Shown in pieces: positions 18,822 through 29,902 of a stretch of 64,000 bases of DNA (position 1 is the first letter of the stretch; the number at the start of each line of letters is the position of its first letter). Location: contig CBFHOE010000010.1 of the NCBI GenBank assembly GCA_965657355.1, forward strand, positions 1 to 64,000, written 5' to 3'. The notes beneath the pieces are model-generated. The model did not search any database and had not been told where the DNA came from. It saw only the letters and a list, made by a program, of their open reading frames with translations. This DNA comes from Limisphaerales bacterium. Its GTDB lineage: Bacteria > Verrucomicrobiota > Verrucomicrobiia > Limisphaerales > JAJOIW01. A program made the position numbers and the translations under genes.

Positions 18822-20441
18822 TTATTCGATTCGAATTATTCGAGATGACTTTAACCAATTTCCATTAACATCGGTAGCTCGGACCGAAATTTTGTGCACT
18901 CCTGGGGCCGGAATATCCAGTAGATCCCCAGTCCAGATATGGTATGTGGACACAGGTCCGGAAAGTTTTCTAAAAGGTGGTGCCACCGACTCTGGCTCCC
19001 GTGATTTAGCTTCCGTGAGAAAATTATCCCTGGCATCGGGTGCAAATTGCAGCGATTGCCACTTGCCCGCGTTATTCCATCTAACTTGCACTTTTGATTT
19101 TTTCCAGCCATTAAAGACGTTGACCATGAGAGGAATAGATGCGGTTTCTGACAATTTAACCGATTTAGGCGCATGAATAGACATCTGAAAGGAGGCTGGT
19201 TTACGAGCCGCTTTATATGAGATTTCCGCTTTCGTTTTTGAAAAATCGATAATCGCATAACCATTGGGAACTCCATCTCGCATAGAAGTGTGTGGGATAC
19301 CGAATTCATCTGGCTGTCCGGTCCACCAACTGCCAGATACGGTCACACAAACAAAATGATGGTGAGGCTTTTTTCCTTTCCAACCCGCTTCTTTATCAAG
19401 CTCAAGATGAGCCTGCCAATGAGTATGACCGGAAATAGAGAGCGTGTAAGGACGGTCTTCAATGAGGCGGAAAAGTTCTTCGCGATCGGCTGTGCCAGTA
19501 ATGGGGATGTGCATGAGGAGAACGACGAGCTGGTCACTAGGTATGTCCTTCAAATCATTTTTAATAAATTTGATTTGGTTTTCTCCGAAACCGCCTGAGT
19601 AACTCCCGGAGCCGGCGGGCTTTGCCCCTCCCCACATAATGTTATCAAGGACTAAAAAATGAACGGGCCCGTAATCGAATGAATAATAAGAAGGACCATA
19701 AACACGGGTGAATGTTTCGTCAGATAGCTCATCATTTGGAGCATCAAAATTGATATCGTGGTTGCCGATGACATTGAACCATGGAATACCTATAAGAGCT
19801 ATTGAGCCATTTAATGGTTCAAATAAATTCAGATCATCAAAAACTATATCTCCTAGAGTAACACCAAATTTCGCTTTTGAGCCAATCAGCTCTTCGACCA
19901 CGTCGTAGCCAATATACTCGACTTCGCGGATGTCTCTGGGCTGAGGGTCGCCGAAAAACAGGGCCTGGAAATTTTTAGGTTCTTTTACTTTTTCTAAGGC
20001 AAAATTAATTGAGTCTGGCAAATCACCCGTCGGAGAGACTCCAGGGAATTTAAAATTGGGCGAGCCCTTAGGTTTGTGGATGTAATAAAATTGAGGAAGA
20101 TTATCTTTGTTGAGTGGCGTAGAATATCCAGACGGCTTAATGACAAAAAATGTCGTGTCATCAGAACATGGAAGGCTCCATTTTCCATCCGCATCAGTCG
20201 AAACGATCTGCACCTGGTTGGATACTTTCACCCCTTCTAATCCAGGCTCCCCGGAATCAAGCTTTCCGTTAGAATTCAGATCATGAAAAACTAGTCCATG
20301 AGCCATCTGCTCATCTCCAAAAGCAGGAGCTATGGTGAGCATGCAGGCCAGGGCTGTGACAACAAAAAACTTAAATGAAGGGTGTCTCATGTCTTCATCA
20401 TCCTCTGACAGCCTCAAAAAACCAGCATTTTTTAGTGACAC
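18822..20441 (-). CDS. Exported calcineurin-like metallophosphoesterase
   Basis: GDPQ, LGDIV, GNHD, MHIP and SGHTH motifs. N-terminal GLVFHDLNSNG domain. True start may be the second Met. Confidence 0.9.
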   Translation of the reverse strand: MSLKNAGFLRLSEDDEDMRHPSFKFFVVTALACMLTIAPAFGDEQMAHGLVFHDLNSNGKLDSGEPGLEGVKVSNQVQIVSTDADGKWSLPCSDDTTFFVIKPSGYSTPLNKDNLPQFYYIHKPKGSPNFKFPGVSPTGDLPDSINFALEKVKEPKNFQALFFGDPQPRDIREVEYIGYDVVEELIGSKAKFGVTLGDIVFDDLNLFEPLNGSIALIGIPWFNVIGNHDINFDAPNDELSDETFTRVYGPSYYSFDYGPVHFLVLDNIMWGGAKPAGSGSYSGGFGENQIKFIKNDLKDIPSDQLVVLLMHIPITGTADREELFRLIEDRPYTLSISGHTHWQAHLELDKEAGWKGKKPHHHFVCVTVSGSWWTGQPDEFGIPHTSMRDGVPNGYAIIDFSKTKAEISYKAARKPASFQMSIHAPKSVKLSETASIPLMVNVFNGWKKSKVQVRWNNAGKWQSLQFAPDARDNFLTEAKSREPESVAPPFRKLSGPVSTYHIWTGDLLDIPAPGVHKISVRATDVNGNWLKSSRIIRIE

Positions 20442-20588
20442 TTGAGCAAAATTTTAGCTACTGCCTGGAAATTAATAATTAGCCGACCAGCTGGAAAATA
20501 AGGGGAATGCAAAATCTGTTTGAGGGAAATATAAAAAGGAACGATATTACATGGAAATCCGGTCCTAAATTAAGAATACCCCGCTCTC

Positions 20589-23500
20589 ATGAGATTCCTA
20601 TACGTATACACGCTTATGCTCAGCCTTAACATTACTTTGTTAAGCGCGGAGCTCTTAGTCACAGAAATTCACTACAATTCAGGGAGAGTAAACAATAACG
20701 ATTCGAACTCCCCTCAACCGGACGGATTTGAGTTTCTTGAATTTTTTAATGCCGGAAATCAAGAAATTAATTTGTCTTCATTCACATTCGCCAGGGGGCT
20801 GGGATTTAGTTTTCCAACAGGGGCAAAAATAGGCCCAGGGAAATTTATTGTCTTATCCAAAGATCCAGAACAATTTAGTAAAGCATACGGATTTGAACCA
20901 GATTTTGGCCCATTTCTTGGGAAATTAAACAATTCGGGTGAACGTATTACTCTCGTTGATAATTTTGGTGAGGAGGTCTGGGACGGATCATATTCTGATA
21001 GAGGAGACTGGCCTGCTCAAGCCGATGGAGCGGGATATAGCCTGGTTTATGAAGATCATAATGACTCGCATTTAAGGGGCAGAAATTGGGAAGCGAGCAA
21101 CCAAATCGGAGGATCTCCGGGAAATTGGGATAATCTTAACCTTTCGGATGAAGATGAAATCATCCTTCTACAAAAAGGAGATAATTTAAAATATTTCAAA
21201 GGCACAAAGGAACCTTCAAATGGAGATACCAGCTGGACCAAAATCGGATTCGCTGAATCGAGCAGCTGGTTGAATGCCAAGAGTGGCGTCGGTTATTCAA
21301 ACAACAATCAAGAGCGCAATTATTTAGCTACAATGCTCCCTGATATGAGAGACAACTATCTCTCGGTTTACACCCGATTTCCTTTCCTCGTCACAGAGGC
21401 ACAAATTAATTCCATAGACCAATTTAATCTTAATTTGGCTTATGATGATGGATACGTTGTTTATTTAAATGGCGTAAAAATTACATCGGCCAACATAAGC
21501 GGTTCCCCTCCTCCCTTTAATCGACCAGCCTCAACTGGGTCTGACTATTCTCCGGTGAATATAGATTTATTGAGATATTCCAATCGATTGCAACCCGGGG
21601 AAAACATTTTGGCGATTCAAGGACACAATGTTGGCATCGGGGTGAGTAGCGATTTTGTTATTAGCCCAACCCTTACCCTTAAGACTAAAATGGAGTCGAA
21701 TAAGGATGAGGCTTGGGAAGGCGTAATCTTTAACGAAGTATTTGCCAACTCTGCACAGGATATGGATTTTGTTGAATTATTTAATCCATCTAATGAACAA
21801 ATTAATTTAAGCGGATATTACCTCAGTGACTCAGCTTTCGGTCCAAGAAAATACAAAATACCGGAAAATACAATTATTGAACCAAAAGGTTTCATCCATT
21901 TTACCCGCGCAGAATTGGGTTTCGGGTTAAGCTCAAATGGTGAGAAAATAATTCTTTACAGACCTGACCAGGAAATAGTCGTTGATGCATACGGATGGGG
22001 GAAACAATTACCAGAAACGAGTTTGGTGAGAATCCCCGACGGGGGAAAAAATTGGTTTCATACATCTAAACTGACCCCGGGCCAACAAAATTCCAAAACG
22101 AGCGTTTATCCCGTTGCTCTTAATGAGATAATGTACCACCACCCTGACGGTGAGAGATTTGAATATCTTGAAATTTTTAACCCAAGCCAGGAATTACCAA
22201 TTGATATATCCGGATGGCACTTTGTTGGTTTATCATACAAATTTCCAAAAGGAACGATTATTCACCCTGAAGAGTATGTGGTTGTTTGTGATGACAAGGT
22301 TAGCGCCACTCAATTTTATAATATTCCTCTGGAAAAACTATTCGGTGATTATTCGGGTGGATTAAGAGATAACGGCGAATTGCTCATTTTGCAGGATGAA
22401 AATGATATCGTCGTAGACCTGGTAAGATTTGACAACAAATCACCATGGCCATGGACACCAAATGGACTCGGGGCTTCACTCGAAAGGACGTGTATTAAAG
22501 AAGGTGAATCAGATTATAGTCATTGGTCCGGATCTCCCATAAATAGTCCATCTCCTGGCAAGGAAAACCAAATCGTTGGTTGCGTTCCTGCGATTCGACC
22601 GAAAATACAAATTACTGAGATTCACTATCATTCCTCTATTCAGAGAGAAGACGATCGGAATCTGGAGTTTTTGGAGCTCTGGAATTTCAGTTCTGAGCCG
22701 ATAGACCTGGCCAACTGGATACTGGCCGGTGATATCCACTATACGTTTCCAAACCAAGCTATTATCGAACCTGAACAAAAAAAACTAGTAGCATTTAATC
22801 CAGACAGATTAATTGAGGAATTCGACTTGGAACCAAAGTTAGTTTTTGGTCCGTTCTCTGGTGGTTTACCAAACGGAGGTGGGAGTCTTGCGCTCATTGC
22901 GACCGATGGACAAATCGTGGACCAGGTAAATTACAATGATGATTTCCCCTGGCCATCACTCGCTGATGGAATTGGATCCGTCAGAGGCCCAGGGCATTCA
23001 CTTCAAAGAGTTAATGATCGCTCAGAAAAAAACACAGCCGATTTCTGGTATACAGAGAGACCTTCTCCTGGAGAAAAAAATATGATACCTGGCCAGGAAT
23101 GGCTCAACCCAATTATGAGTCTGAATTTATCACCGGAGACTGTGACCAGTTCGTCAGAACCCATTTTAGCAATATCATTATCAGAATCCTATAACGTCAT
23201 ATCAGTGGAAGTAGAATATTTTATAGAGGACTTCTTAAACAATAAAGAAACAAAATCACGCTCTACGGCTACAAAATTAGAATCTGGTGACTGGCAATTT
23301 CAATTTCCACAATACCCTCCGAATTCAGTTGTGAGATACGTCATTTATTCCCAACTCGACGACGGGTCAACCATTACCACTCCAAATTCCAATAGGGATC
23401 AATTTAAATGGCATTCTTATTTCGTCGATCCAGAAATCACGACAAGCCAACCCAATCTTTACCACTTATTTATTTCTCCTTTGAACTGGAGAAAACTTCA

Positions 23501-24854
23501 TTCATGGACAGATGCGGGTCGAGTCTCGGGCGGAAAGCCAAATCCAACCTGGAATAATGAGGTCCCTGCAATCTTTGTAGGAGGTGGAGAGGTATTCGAT
23601 GTCAGCGTTCGACATCAAGGAAGCAGATGGAATCGTCGAAATGGTTCTCTCATTTCATTTGAATGTGGGTCTCACAGGACCGATGGCAGGGCACAAGTGA
23701 GATCCTGGAGAATACAATTTCCGAATCACCGACGTTTCAGAGGAATGGATGTGATGCTCCTGCAAAAACAAAGTGGATGGCCTCAAAGAATATCATTTGC
23801 AATGTTTGAAATGGCGGGAGTCCCGGCACCAAAGACCAGTTGGGCCAATCTGAGAATCAATGGATGCGAATATAACCCCGATGCATTTCAAATTGAGAGA
23901 CCCGGCAATGACCTTGTAAAACGATGGTTCGGACAGGTTGGTGACTTATTTAAATCTCAGGGCTATACTGGGAACGAAGGACCGTGGAGCTGGGGAGACG
24001 CACGCCTGATTCGCGGATCCATGAATGGATTTTCAGAGACTCAAAGGTATAAGTTTACTTACAATAGGAAGACTCTTAATTATAAATCAAATGAGCTAGA
24101 CAACGCTCCCGATCTTCCAGAGGCGCTCATAGAAGGGCTCCATCGTGCTCGCTCCAAAGGCCGAAACGCTCTCCGTGAATTCCTGGCATCAAACTTTGAT
24201 GTCAATCTAACCCTCAGATATATGTGCACCATCAATTACGTCGGCACTTTTGATGACATGTTTCAGAACCACTATATCTACAGACGAGCAGATAATGGGC
24301 TATGGTGTATGTTTCCGTGGGATATGGACAACACTTTAGGTGGTGCTTTTGGGCAATCGAGTGCGCATCCATTCCGTGGCGTAGATGAATCACGATATGG
24401 AAATGTAGGCAATAGACAAGGTTGGTGGAATAGAATAAAAGACTCGTTCTTCATAGCTTACCCAGAAGAATTCCTTAGAATGTTTTATTACCTAAATAAC
24501 AATGTTTATAACCCTGAGTCGTTGGATGTTGTCATTGATCAAATTGCTGAAGAGGGTAATCAGACAGGCAGAGCGTTATCACTAAAAAGCCATATAAGAG
24601 CAAGACACAACTATCTCAATAATTTTATTGAGAACCAATTAAGTCGTATGACCCCCGATTTAACCATAGAAAATTTGGGGACTCGATTAAAAATTCAGTG
24701 GCCCGGAAGTGGTTTATTCTCAAATATATCGGGTTCAAAATCAATAAATGGACCATGGCGACCTATCACTGAAAATGTCACCTTTGATGGAGAACATTTC
24801 AAAATCTTATTACGTCCAAACGAACAATCAGGTTTTTTTAAACTTTCGGAGTGA
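20589..24854 (+). CDS. Secreted lamin-tail-domain / CotH kinase family protein
   Basis: Signal peptide, four LTD repeats (TEIHYN/NEVFAN/NEIMYH/TEIHYH ... EFLE.FN), CotH motifs RHQGS, DDMFQNHYIY and PWDMD, C-terminal FFKL domain. Confidence 0.88.
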   Translation: MRFLYVYTLMLSLNITLLSAELLVTEIHYNSGRVNNNDSNSPQPDGFEFLEFFNAGNQEINLSSFTFARGLGFSFPTGAKIGPGKFIVLSKDPEQFSKAYGFEPDFGPFLGKLNNSGERITLVDNFGEEVWDGSYSDRGDWPAQADGAGYSLVYEDHNDSHLRGRNWEASNQIGGSPGNWDNLNLSDEDEIILLQKGDNLKYFKGTKEPSNGDTSWTKIGFAESSSWLNAKSGVGYSNNNQERNYLATMLPDMRDNYLSVYTRFPFLVTEAQINSIDQFNLNLAYDDGYVVYLNGVKITSANISGSPPPFNRPASTGSDYSPVNIDLLRYSNRLQPGENILAIQGHNVGIGVSSDFVISPTLTLKTKMESNKDEAWEGVIFNEVFANSAQDMDFVELFNPSNEQINLSGYYLSDSAFGPRKYKIPENTIIEPKGFIHFTRAELGFGLSSNGEKIILYRPDQEIVVDAYGWGKQLPETSLVRIPDGGKNWFHTSKLTPGQQNSKTSVYPVALNEIMYHHPDGERFEYLEIFNPSQELPIDISGWHFVGLSYKFPKGTIIHPEEYVVVCDDKVSATQFYNIPLEKLFGDYSGGLRDNGELLILQDENDIVVDLVRFDNKSPWPWTPNGLGASLERTCIKEGESDYSHWSGSPINSPSPGKENQIVGCVPAIRPKIQITEIHYHSSIQREDDRNLEFLELWNFSSEPIDLANWILAGDIHYTFPNQAIIEPEQKKLVAFNPDRLIEEFDLEPKLVFGPFSGGLPNGGGSLALIATDGQIVDQVNYNDDFPWPSLADGIGSVRGPGHSLQRVNDRSEKNTADFWYTERPSPGEKNMIPGQEWLNPIMSLNLSPETVTSSSEPILAISLSESYNVISVEVEYFIEDFLNNKETKSRSTATKLESGDWQFQFPQYPPNSVVRYVIYSQLDDGSTITTPNSNRDQFKWHSYFVDPEITTSQPNLYHLFISPLNWRKLHSWTDAGRVSGGKPNPTWNNEVPAIFVGGGEVFDVSVRHQGSRWNRRNGSLISFECGSHRTDGRAQVRSWRIQFPNHRRFRGMDVMLLQKQSGWPQRISFAMFEMAGVPAPKTSWANLRINGCEYNPDAFQIERPGNDLVKRWFGQVGDLFKSQGYTGNEGPWSWGDARLIRGSMNGFSETQRYKFTYNRKTLNYKSNELDNAPDLPEALIEGLHRARSKGRNALREFLASNFDVNLTLRYMCTINYVGTFDDMFQNHYIYRRADNGLWCMFPWDMDNTLGGAFGQSSAHPFRGVDESRYGNVGNRQGWWNRIKDSFFIAYPEEFLRMFYYLNNNVYNPESLDVVIDQIAEEGNQTGRALSLKSHIRARHNYLNNFIENQLSRMTPDLTIENLGTRLKIQWPGSGLFSNISGSKSINGPWRPITENVTFDGEHFKILLRPNEQSGFFKLSE

Positions 24855-24910
24855 AAACCAAACCCCCATTTGTCATATAATTTCAGTGAAGCAACGTAGA
24901 TATTGGTAAT

Positions 24911-26323
24911 TTACAAATCAGAATGTGCCTCTTTGATAATTTTTTTCATTTTATCGATTATATCTGGGTATAGTCGTGCGATGTTACTATTTTCTCTTAC
25001 GTCGTTTCTAAGGTCATACAACTCAATTGGAGCATCTGGATTTTTGAGCATGTTATACCGGACGCCTTTAAAGTGGTCGAGGATTACGGATTGACGCCCC
25101 CCTTTTTCATAAAATTCCCAATAGAGGTAGGGGTGTTTTTTCTGGTTCATTTGTTCCCCTAAAAGGGTTGGAAGAAAAGAGAGTCCATCGGTTTTTTTAA
25201 CGGGGATGCCTATGAGTTCAGAAATTGTTGGAAGGACATCTTGAAATGCGGATACGTGTTGAGTTACTGATCCGGACCTAATGGTTCCTGGCCAGCGTGC
25301 TATCATTGGGACTCGAATGCCGCCCTCGTATAAATCTCTCTTTAAGCCCTTTAATTGACCATTGGAATTAAAGAATTCCATCTTATGCCTTCCCTCTTGG
25401 TGTGGGCCATTATCACTGGAGAATATGATGAGAGTTTTTTCGGTAAGCCCGTGAGTTTCCAATTTCTCGAGAATCTGGCCTACGTATCCGTCGATCAATT
25501 GAATCATTCTGGCAAACCCTTTTTCCTGGCGTGGCCAATCCCTTTCAGAAAAACTGCCGTGAACAGGGACTTCCATACCATCAAAATCAGCGAGGACTTC
25601 ATTACCTGCCTCATTGTTTGCATGGGGCATATTTAGGGCAAAGAATAGAAAAAATGGAGCCTCTTTATTGGTGTCGATAAATGCGAGGGCTTTCTCAGCA
25701 ATGAGATCTGGGGCATAGACATTTTTTTCGATGGCGACGCCTCGCCCCTCTTTATCTTTGGGGGATTTATACTTCTCTAGAACTTTGTTAGGAAGGTCAA
25801 CTTTTTTGCCATTTTCGATAAGAAATTCAGGCCAAAAGTTGTGTGCGTGCCACATGTTGATATATCCAAAAAAATGATCAAACCCCTTTTTCTGAGGATC
25901 ATTATAGGGGGGAGGATGCCCGATTCCCCATTTTCCGAAACACCCTGTTGTGTACCCAGACTGTTTAAAAAGCTTAGCAACAGTAAGGTCGGTATCTTTC
26001 ATTAAAACAGGGTTATTTCCTCTGATTCGGGCATGCCCGGTATGTAACCCAGTCATCAGAACACATCTTGAAGGAGCGCAGACAGTGCTCCCAGCATAAT
26101 GGTTCATAAATCGGATTCCCTCACGGGCTAACTGATCAATTTTTGGGGTCTCTATTTCCCTTTGGCCATAACAGGATATATCTCCGTATCCCAAATCATC
26201 CGCTAAAATGTATATGACGTTTGGCTTTTCTTGTGCAGAGTGGCAAATCTGAGATAGGCTGAGCATTATACTTGCACTCAAAATTTGAGTGCAGAAGTTT
26301 ACCGACTTTATGGAGATGGACAT
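24911..26323 (-). CDS. Arylsulfatase (formylglycine-dependent, Cys-type)
   Basis: ILADDLGYGD, CAPSRCVLMTG, GKWG, SSDNG, LYEGGIRVP. Confidence 0.95.
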   Translation of the reverse strand: MSISIKSVNFCTQILSASIMLSLSQICHSAQEKPNVIYILADDLGYGDISCYGQREIETPKIDQLAREGIRFMNHYAGSTVCAPSRCVLMTGLHTGHARIRGNNPVLMKDTDLTVAKLFKQSGYTTGCFGKWGIGHPPPYNDPQKKGFDHFFGYINMWHAHNFWPEFLIENGKKVDLPNKVLEKYKSPKDKEGRGVAIEKNVYAPDLIAEKALAFIDTNKEAPFFLFFALNMPHANNEAGNEVLADFDGMEVPVHGSFSERDWPRQEKGFARMIQLIDGYVGQILEKLETHGLTEKTLIIFSSDNGPHQEGRHKMEFFNSNGQLKGLKRDLYEGGIRVPMIARWPGTIRSGSVTQHVSAFQDVLPTISELIGIPVKKTDGLSFLPTLLGEQMNQKKHPYLYWEFYEKGGRQSVILDHFKGVRYNMLKNPDAPIELYDLRNDVRENSNIARLYPDIIDKMKKIIKEAHSDL

Positions 26324-26493
26324 GATGACAGAGGCTACTACGAGTTATAGCCAGCAGCAAGGTCTTGAAGAAATCAACAAAACTAGATCGATTTGTAAAG
26401 TGGGGTAAAATTGCTGGAATGCGCGTATGCCCGTTTGGATATATATTCGACAAACAAGTTTCTTGAAACATCAATTTAAGGCGATCAAATTTT

Positions 26494-29010
26494 ATGATAT
26501 TTCGGAATTTAATTAACCTTTTCTTATTTGGAATTTTATTACTTTGCAGTCCGTTTTCCACGAAGGCACAGGTCGAACAAAATAATATCCCTGAGGAGAT
26601 AGAGATCCAACTTTTTCGAGGCCCAGGATCACTTGAATTTGAATCTGAGAATTCACAAAACCCTTTTGATGGCGCAGATGTCTTACTGACAGGAAGAAAG
26701 ACTTATAAAGGTAAAGAATTGGAAGATTTTAAAACGAAAACAAACGCAGAGGGCATAGCTAAGATTCCACTAAAATCAGATCAGGATCGGACCTTGTTCA
26801 ATCTGACAATTATAAAAAAAGGCCTATATATTCCAAAACTCAAAATGACAGGTAGGCCGAGTGGAGTATCAGTGAAAATTCCAGTATTCCCAACAGCTCG
26901 CATAAAAGGATCTCTTCGCATGGCAGATGAGACAAAAGAAATAAACTGGGAAAATGAAAAAATCGGGATTATGCCTCGAATCGTCTATGATTTTAGTCCA
27001 TTTCAATCCGTCAGCCAGATAGAAAATAAAAATATTAACAAAGATGGCTCCTGGGAAATCGGGATTCCTTTGGCCGCCGATGCCCCAACAAACCTCACTT
27101 TTGGGGGAAAGGAAATCGAAATGAGGTATTTTTTTCTGGGTTGGAATAACAATCACAAAAACCATATTCCCTTAAAAAATATCAAAAATTATGATTGGGA
27201 TCTCGTTGTGAAAACCACGACTAAAGTATCCGGATTGGTGACAGACAGCAATGGTAGTCCGAGAGCCCGTGTTAAGCTGAAAGCCGAACCTGTCAACCGA
27301 GACATGTATACATTGTCTCAGAATAGCATACTGGCGGTGATAGAGACCGATGCAAATGGAAGGTATAATTTGTCATTCCCATTTCACAGTGGTTTTAAAT
27401 TGGTTGCTCAAGATAAAGTGGCAAACTTTGCCTCTAAATCATTTGAAAGCAACAATCAGGAAAATGAATGGAACGTGGAGTTCTCGAAGCCGAGATTTCT
27501 CGAACTGAAAGCTGAAATGGAAGGAGATAAGAAACCGGAAGATGTTAAGTTTTATATTTCCAGTATAAATGGTTCAGCGCCTCTTTTCAGAGATGCCATG
27601 TTAGCAAATCCACACGATGGAATCTATGAGTGGACCCAAGCACCGCAAGGTGAAATAATTATTTCAGCATATGCAAAAGGGCAAGGAACCCCTTTGAAAA
27701 AGACGATCCCTGCAAACTTGGCTGATGGATCCACAATTACATTCTTTTTTAGAAAGCCATTTAACATCAATATGGAAGTCCTAGATGCCATAAGCCTCCA
27801 GCCAGTGGCAGAACCCAAAATCCTCAAAGGCACTGCGTGGAACATCAATAACACTAGTGAGGTTAATCAATGGGCCCCATACACGAACGCCAAATTAGTC
27901 AATGGGAGACTAGTTTACAAATCGAATCGACATTTACCAGAATCCCAGGGACACAGATTCATCATCCATGCCCCGGGTTATCTTCCCTACGACACAGGGA
28001 TGGTTCCTGCCTATGGCACGTTGGATCAAGAGGTAAAGCTCAAAAGAGGATTGGGCCCGCATGGGATTGTCGTCGACGCCAATGGACAGCCAGTCAAAAA
28101 TTGTGAAGTTTTTTTAGAAGGAATGGGAACTCAATACATAGCTCCAGGACCAACGATCACGCATTCAAGAACAGAATTAACCTTAACATCTGACGATGGA
28201 AGCTTCCAACTCCCAGCAATTTTACCGACATGCCATATTGTTGCAGTCTCGAAAAAAGGATTTACTCAAGTTCCTTGGGACACAAATTCAGACGAGTTAA
28301 AACTTATTCTTCGGCCGTTTCAAACTATTAATGGTATTTTGATGAAAAGTAACGGAGATCCGTGGCCCAACCAAAATATCCGAGTGGATACTAATGCTGG
28401 CAACTCATTAAACAACTTAAGAACCCAGCATGATGCCTTCATCACATCAACTGATAAAAATGGAGCTTTCTCTATAGAGGATTTACCCCCTATTGAATTA
28501 ATCGTCAGACATGTCAAAAGAATTGGACCAAAAGGTTTTGTTTCCGGTCAGTCAATGATCGTATCTGCGAATAGAGACGATGGCGATTTGGTCAAAATCG
28601 GTGGAAAGGATTGGCAAATTAAGGGAAGGATAGACTTATCCCGGGAAACTATTGAGCTGATAGACCATAGCATGTCCTATGCTATTTTATCCGAAGCAGC
28701 CCCCATGCCACCCAAAAGAATAAGAGACAACCCAAAACTCTATACCCTTTGGCGAAGAAGCAACAAATATAAAAAACTGATCGATAACCGGACAATCAGA
28801 GTCGGCCATATCAGAAAAGATGGAAACCTCATTTTTGAAAATGTGCCTGAAGGTAATTACCTTTTAAATGTTAGGTTAATGAAAAATCGAGACTTTAATG
28901 GACGGACCAGCTCTCTTCGCACCATTAGTAAGCCTGTTGAGATCAAAACTGGGATCATACAAACTCTAGTCGGTGACAAAAATCAAATTAACATCGGCAA
29001 AATAAAATGA
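26494..29010 (+). CDS. Exported protein with carboxypeptidase-regulatory-like (transthyretin-like) repeats
   Basis: Signal peptide and repeated G.V.D.NG.P / TD..G.F motifs. Confidence 0.7.
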   Translation: MIFRNLINLFLFGILLLCSPFSTKAQVEQNNIPEEIEIQLFRGPGSLEFESENSQNPFDGADVLLTGRKTYKGKELEDFKTKTNAEGIAKIPLKSDQDRTLFNLTIIKKGLYIPKLKMTGRPSGVSVKIPVFPTARIKGSLRMADETKEINWENEKIGIMPRIVYDFSPFQSVSQIENKNINKDGSWEIGIPLAADAPTNLTFGGKEIEMRYFFLGWNNNHKNHIPLKNIKNYDWDLVVKTTTKVSGLVTDSNGSPRARVKLKAEPVNRDMYTLSQNSILAVIETDANGRYNLSFPFHSGFKLVAQDKVANFASKSFESNNQENEWNVEFSKPRFLELKAEMEGDKKPEDVKFYISSINGSAPLFRDAMLANPHDGIYEWTQAPQGEIIISAYAKGQGTPLKKTIPANLADGSTITFFFRKPFNINMEVLDAISLQPVAEPKILKGTAWNINNTSEVNQWAPYTNAKLVNGRLVYKSNRHLPESQGHRFIIHAPGYLPYDTGMVPAYGTLDQEVKLKRGLGPHGIVVDANGQPVKNCEVFLEGMGTQYIAPGPTITHSRTELTLTSDDGSFQLPAILPTCHIVAVSKKGFTQVPWDTNSDELKLILRPFQTINGILMKSNGDPWPNQNIRVDTNAGNSLNNLRTQHDAFITSTDKNGAFSIEDLPPIELIVRHVKRIGPKGFVSGQSMIVSANRDDGDLVKIGGKDWQIKGRIDLSRETIELIDHSMSYAILSEAAPMPPKRIRDNPKLYTLWRRSNKYKKLIDNRTIRVGHIRKDGNLIFENVPEGNYLLNVRLMKNRDFNGRTSSLRTISKPVEIKTGIIQTLVGDKNQINIGKIK

Positions 29011-29099
29011 TATTAATTAGGCGCGAGGGAAAATTTCTTTCAACCGGTGAGTTTGTGTGAAAACAACTCTTTGTCAGTAATTTTTTAAAAAGCCACGTT

Positions 29100-29777
29100 T
29101 CATCGGATTGTAGCGAGCCAATAAGTGTCAATCGGACGCAAATCCTTACCTATAATTGGAAGTGAAGCTTCACCTAAAACAAGAAATGGCCTATTAAGAT
29201 TTGAAAAAAATTGGGTGATCTCAGGAATTTTTTCTTTGGTGTGGATCTCGACTAGCCAATCATGCGCCGGGTCTTCGAGCAAGTTGCGACTGCCACGTAA
29301 TACAGCATCTTCAGCCCCCTCAACGTCAATTTTAATCAGGCCGGCCTTGCCTCTGAGGTGGTCCAACCGGTCAAAGGTCGCGTCCAGCGTCACGGAATTC
29401 TCTGAATCTCTATCGCTGACAAATTTCGGGACAATTTCAATGGCACAGTTTGAATAACAAGGCCATTCCTGGGGGGTGGTCAGTTCAGAATAAAGATCTG
29501 CCTCAGGCTCAAAAGATATGATGTCGATCTTCTTTTTATTTCCTCCGGAAATAAGATGAGCTAACCCATATGTATCGTAACCGGCTTGTGCCCCGACATC
29601 GAAAGCAAAATCTTTTCCTGGAGCATTTTTACTTAACCAACCGTTGAGCTGTCTCTCGTAGAGCCCAAAAAGCATTCTTTTCGAGTTTGCCGGATTGAGA
29701 AAAACTCTTGATCCTCGAAATGGCCCCCGCAGTATCGTAAATATCTCAGGTTTTTTTGAAAAAATTTTGTGTATCAT
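29100..29777 (-). CDS. FkbM family methyltransferase
   Basis: FDVGAQAG, SFEP, TLD, IKIDVEGAE..VL.G, VEIH. Confidence 0.85.
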   Translation of the reverse strand: MIHKIFSKKPEIFTILRGPFRGSRVFLNPANSKRMLFGLYERQLNGWLSKNAPGKDFAFDVGAQAGYDTYGLAHLISGGNKKKIDIISFEPEADLYSELTTPQEWPCYSNCAIEIVPKFVSDRDSENSVTLDATFDRLDHLRGKAGLIKIDVEGAEDAVLRGSRNLLEDPAHDWLVEIHTKEKIPEITQFFSNLNRPFLVLGEASLPIIGKDLRPIDTYWLATIR

Positions 29778-29902
29778 CGTGGGCAGTGTCTTCCCCGTTT
29801 ACATTTCGCTATATGGCAATGAGAAAAAGAGCGACCTCTAGGCGCCGAAGAAAATATCAAATTTGTATTACAGCCTCTCATCGGTCATTTTGAGAACCCG
29901 GA

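Noticed and set aside
29100..29777. FkbM methyltransferase as a marker of a polysaccharide or secondary-metabolite cluster
   Set aside because: No glycosyltransferase, PKS or NRPS neighbours; it appears solitary.
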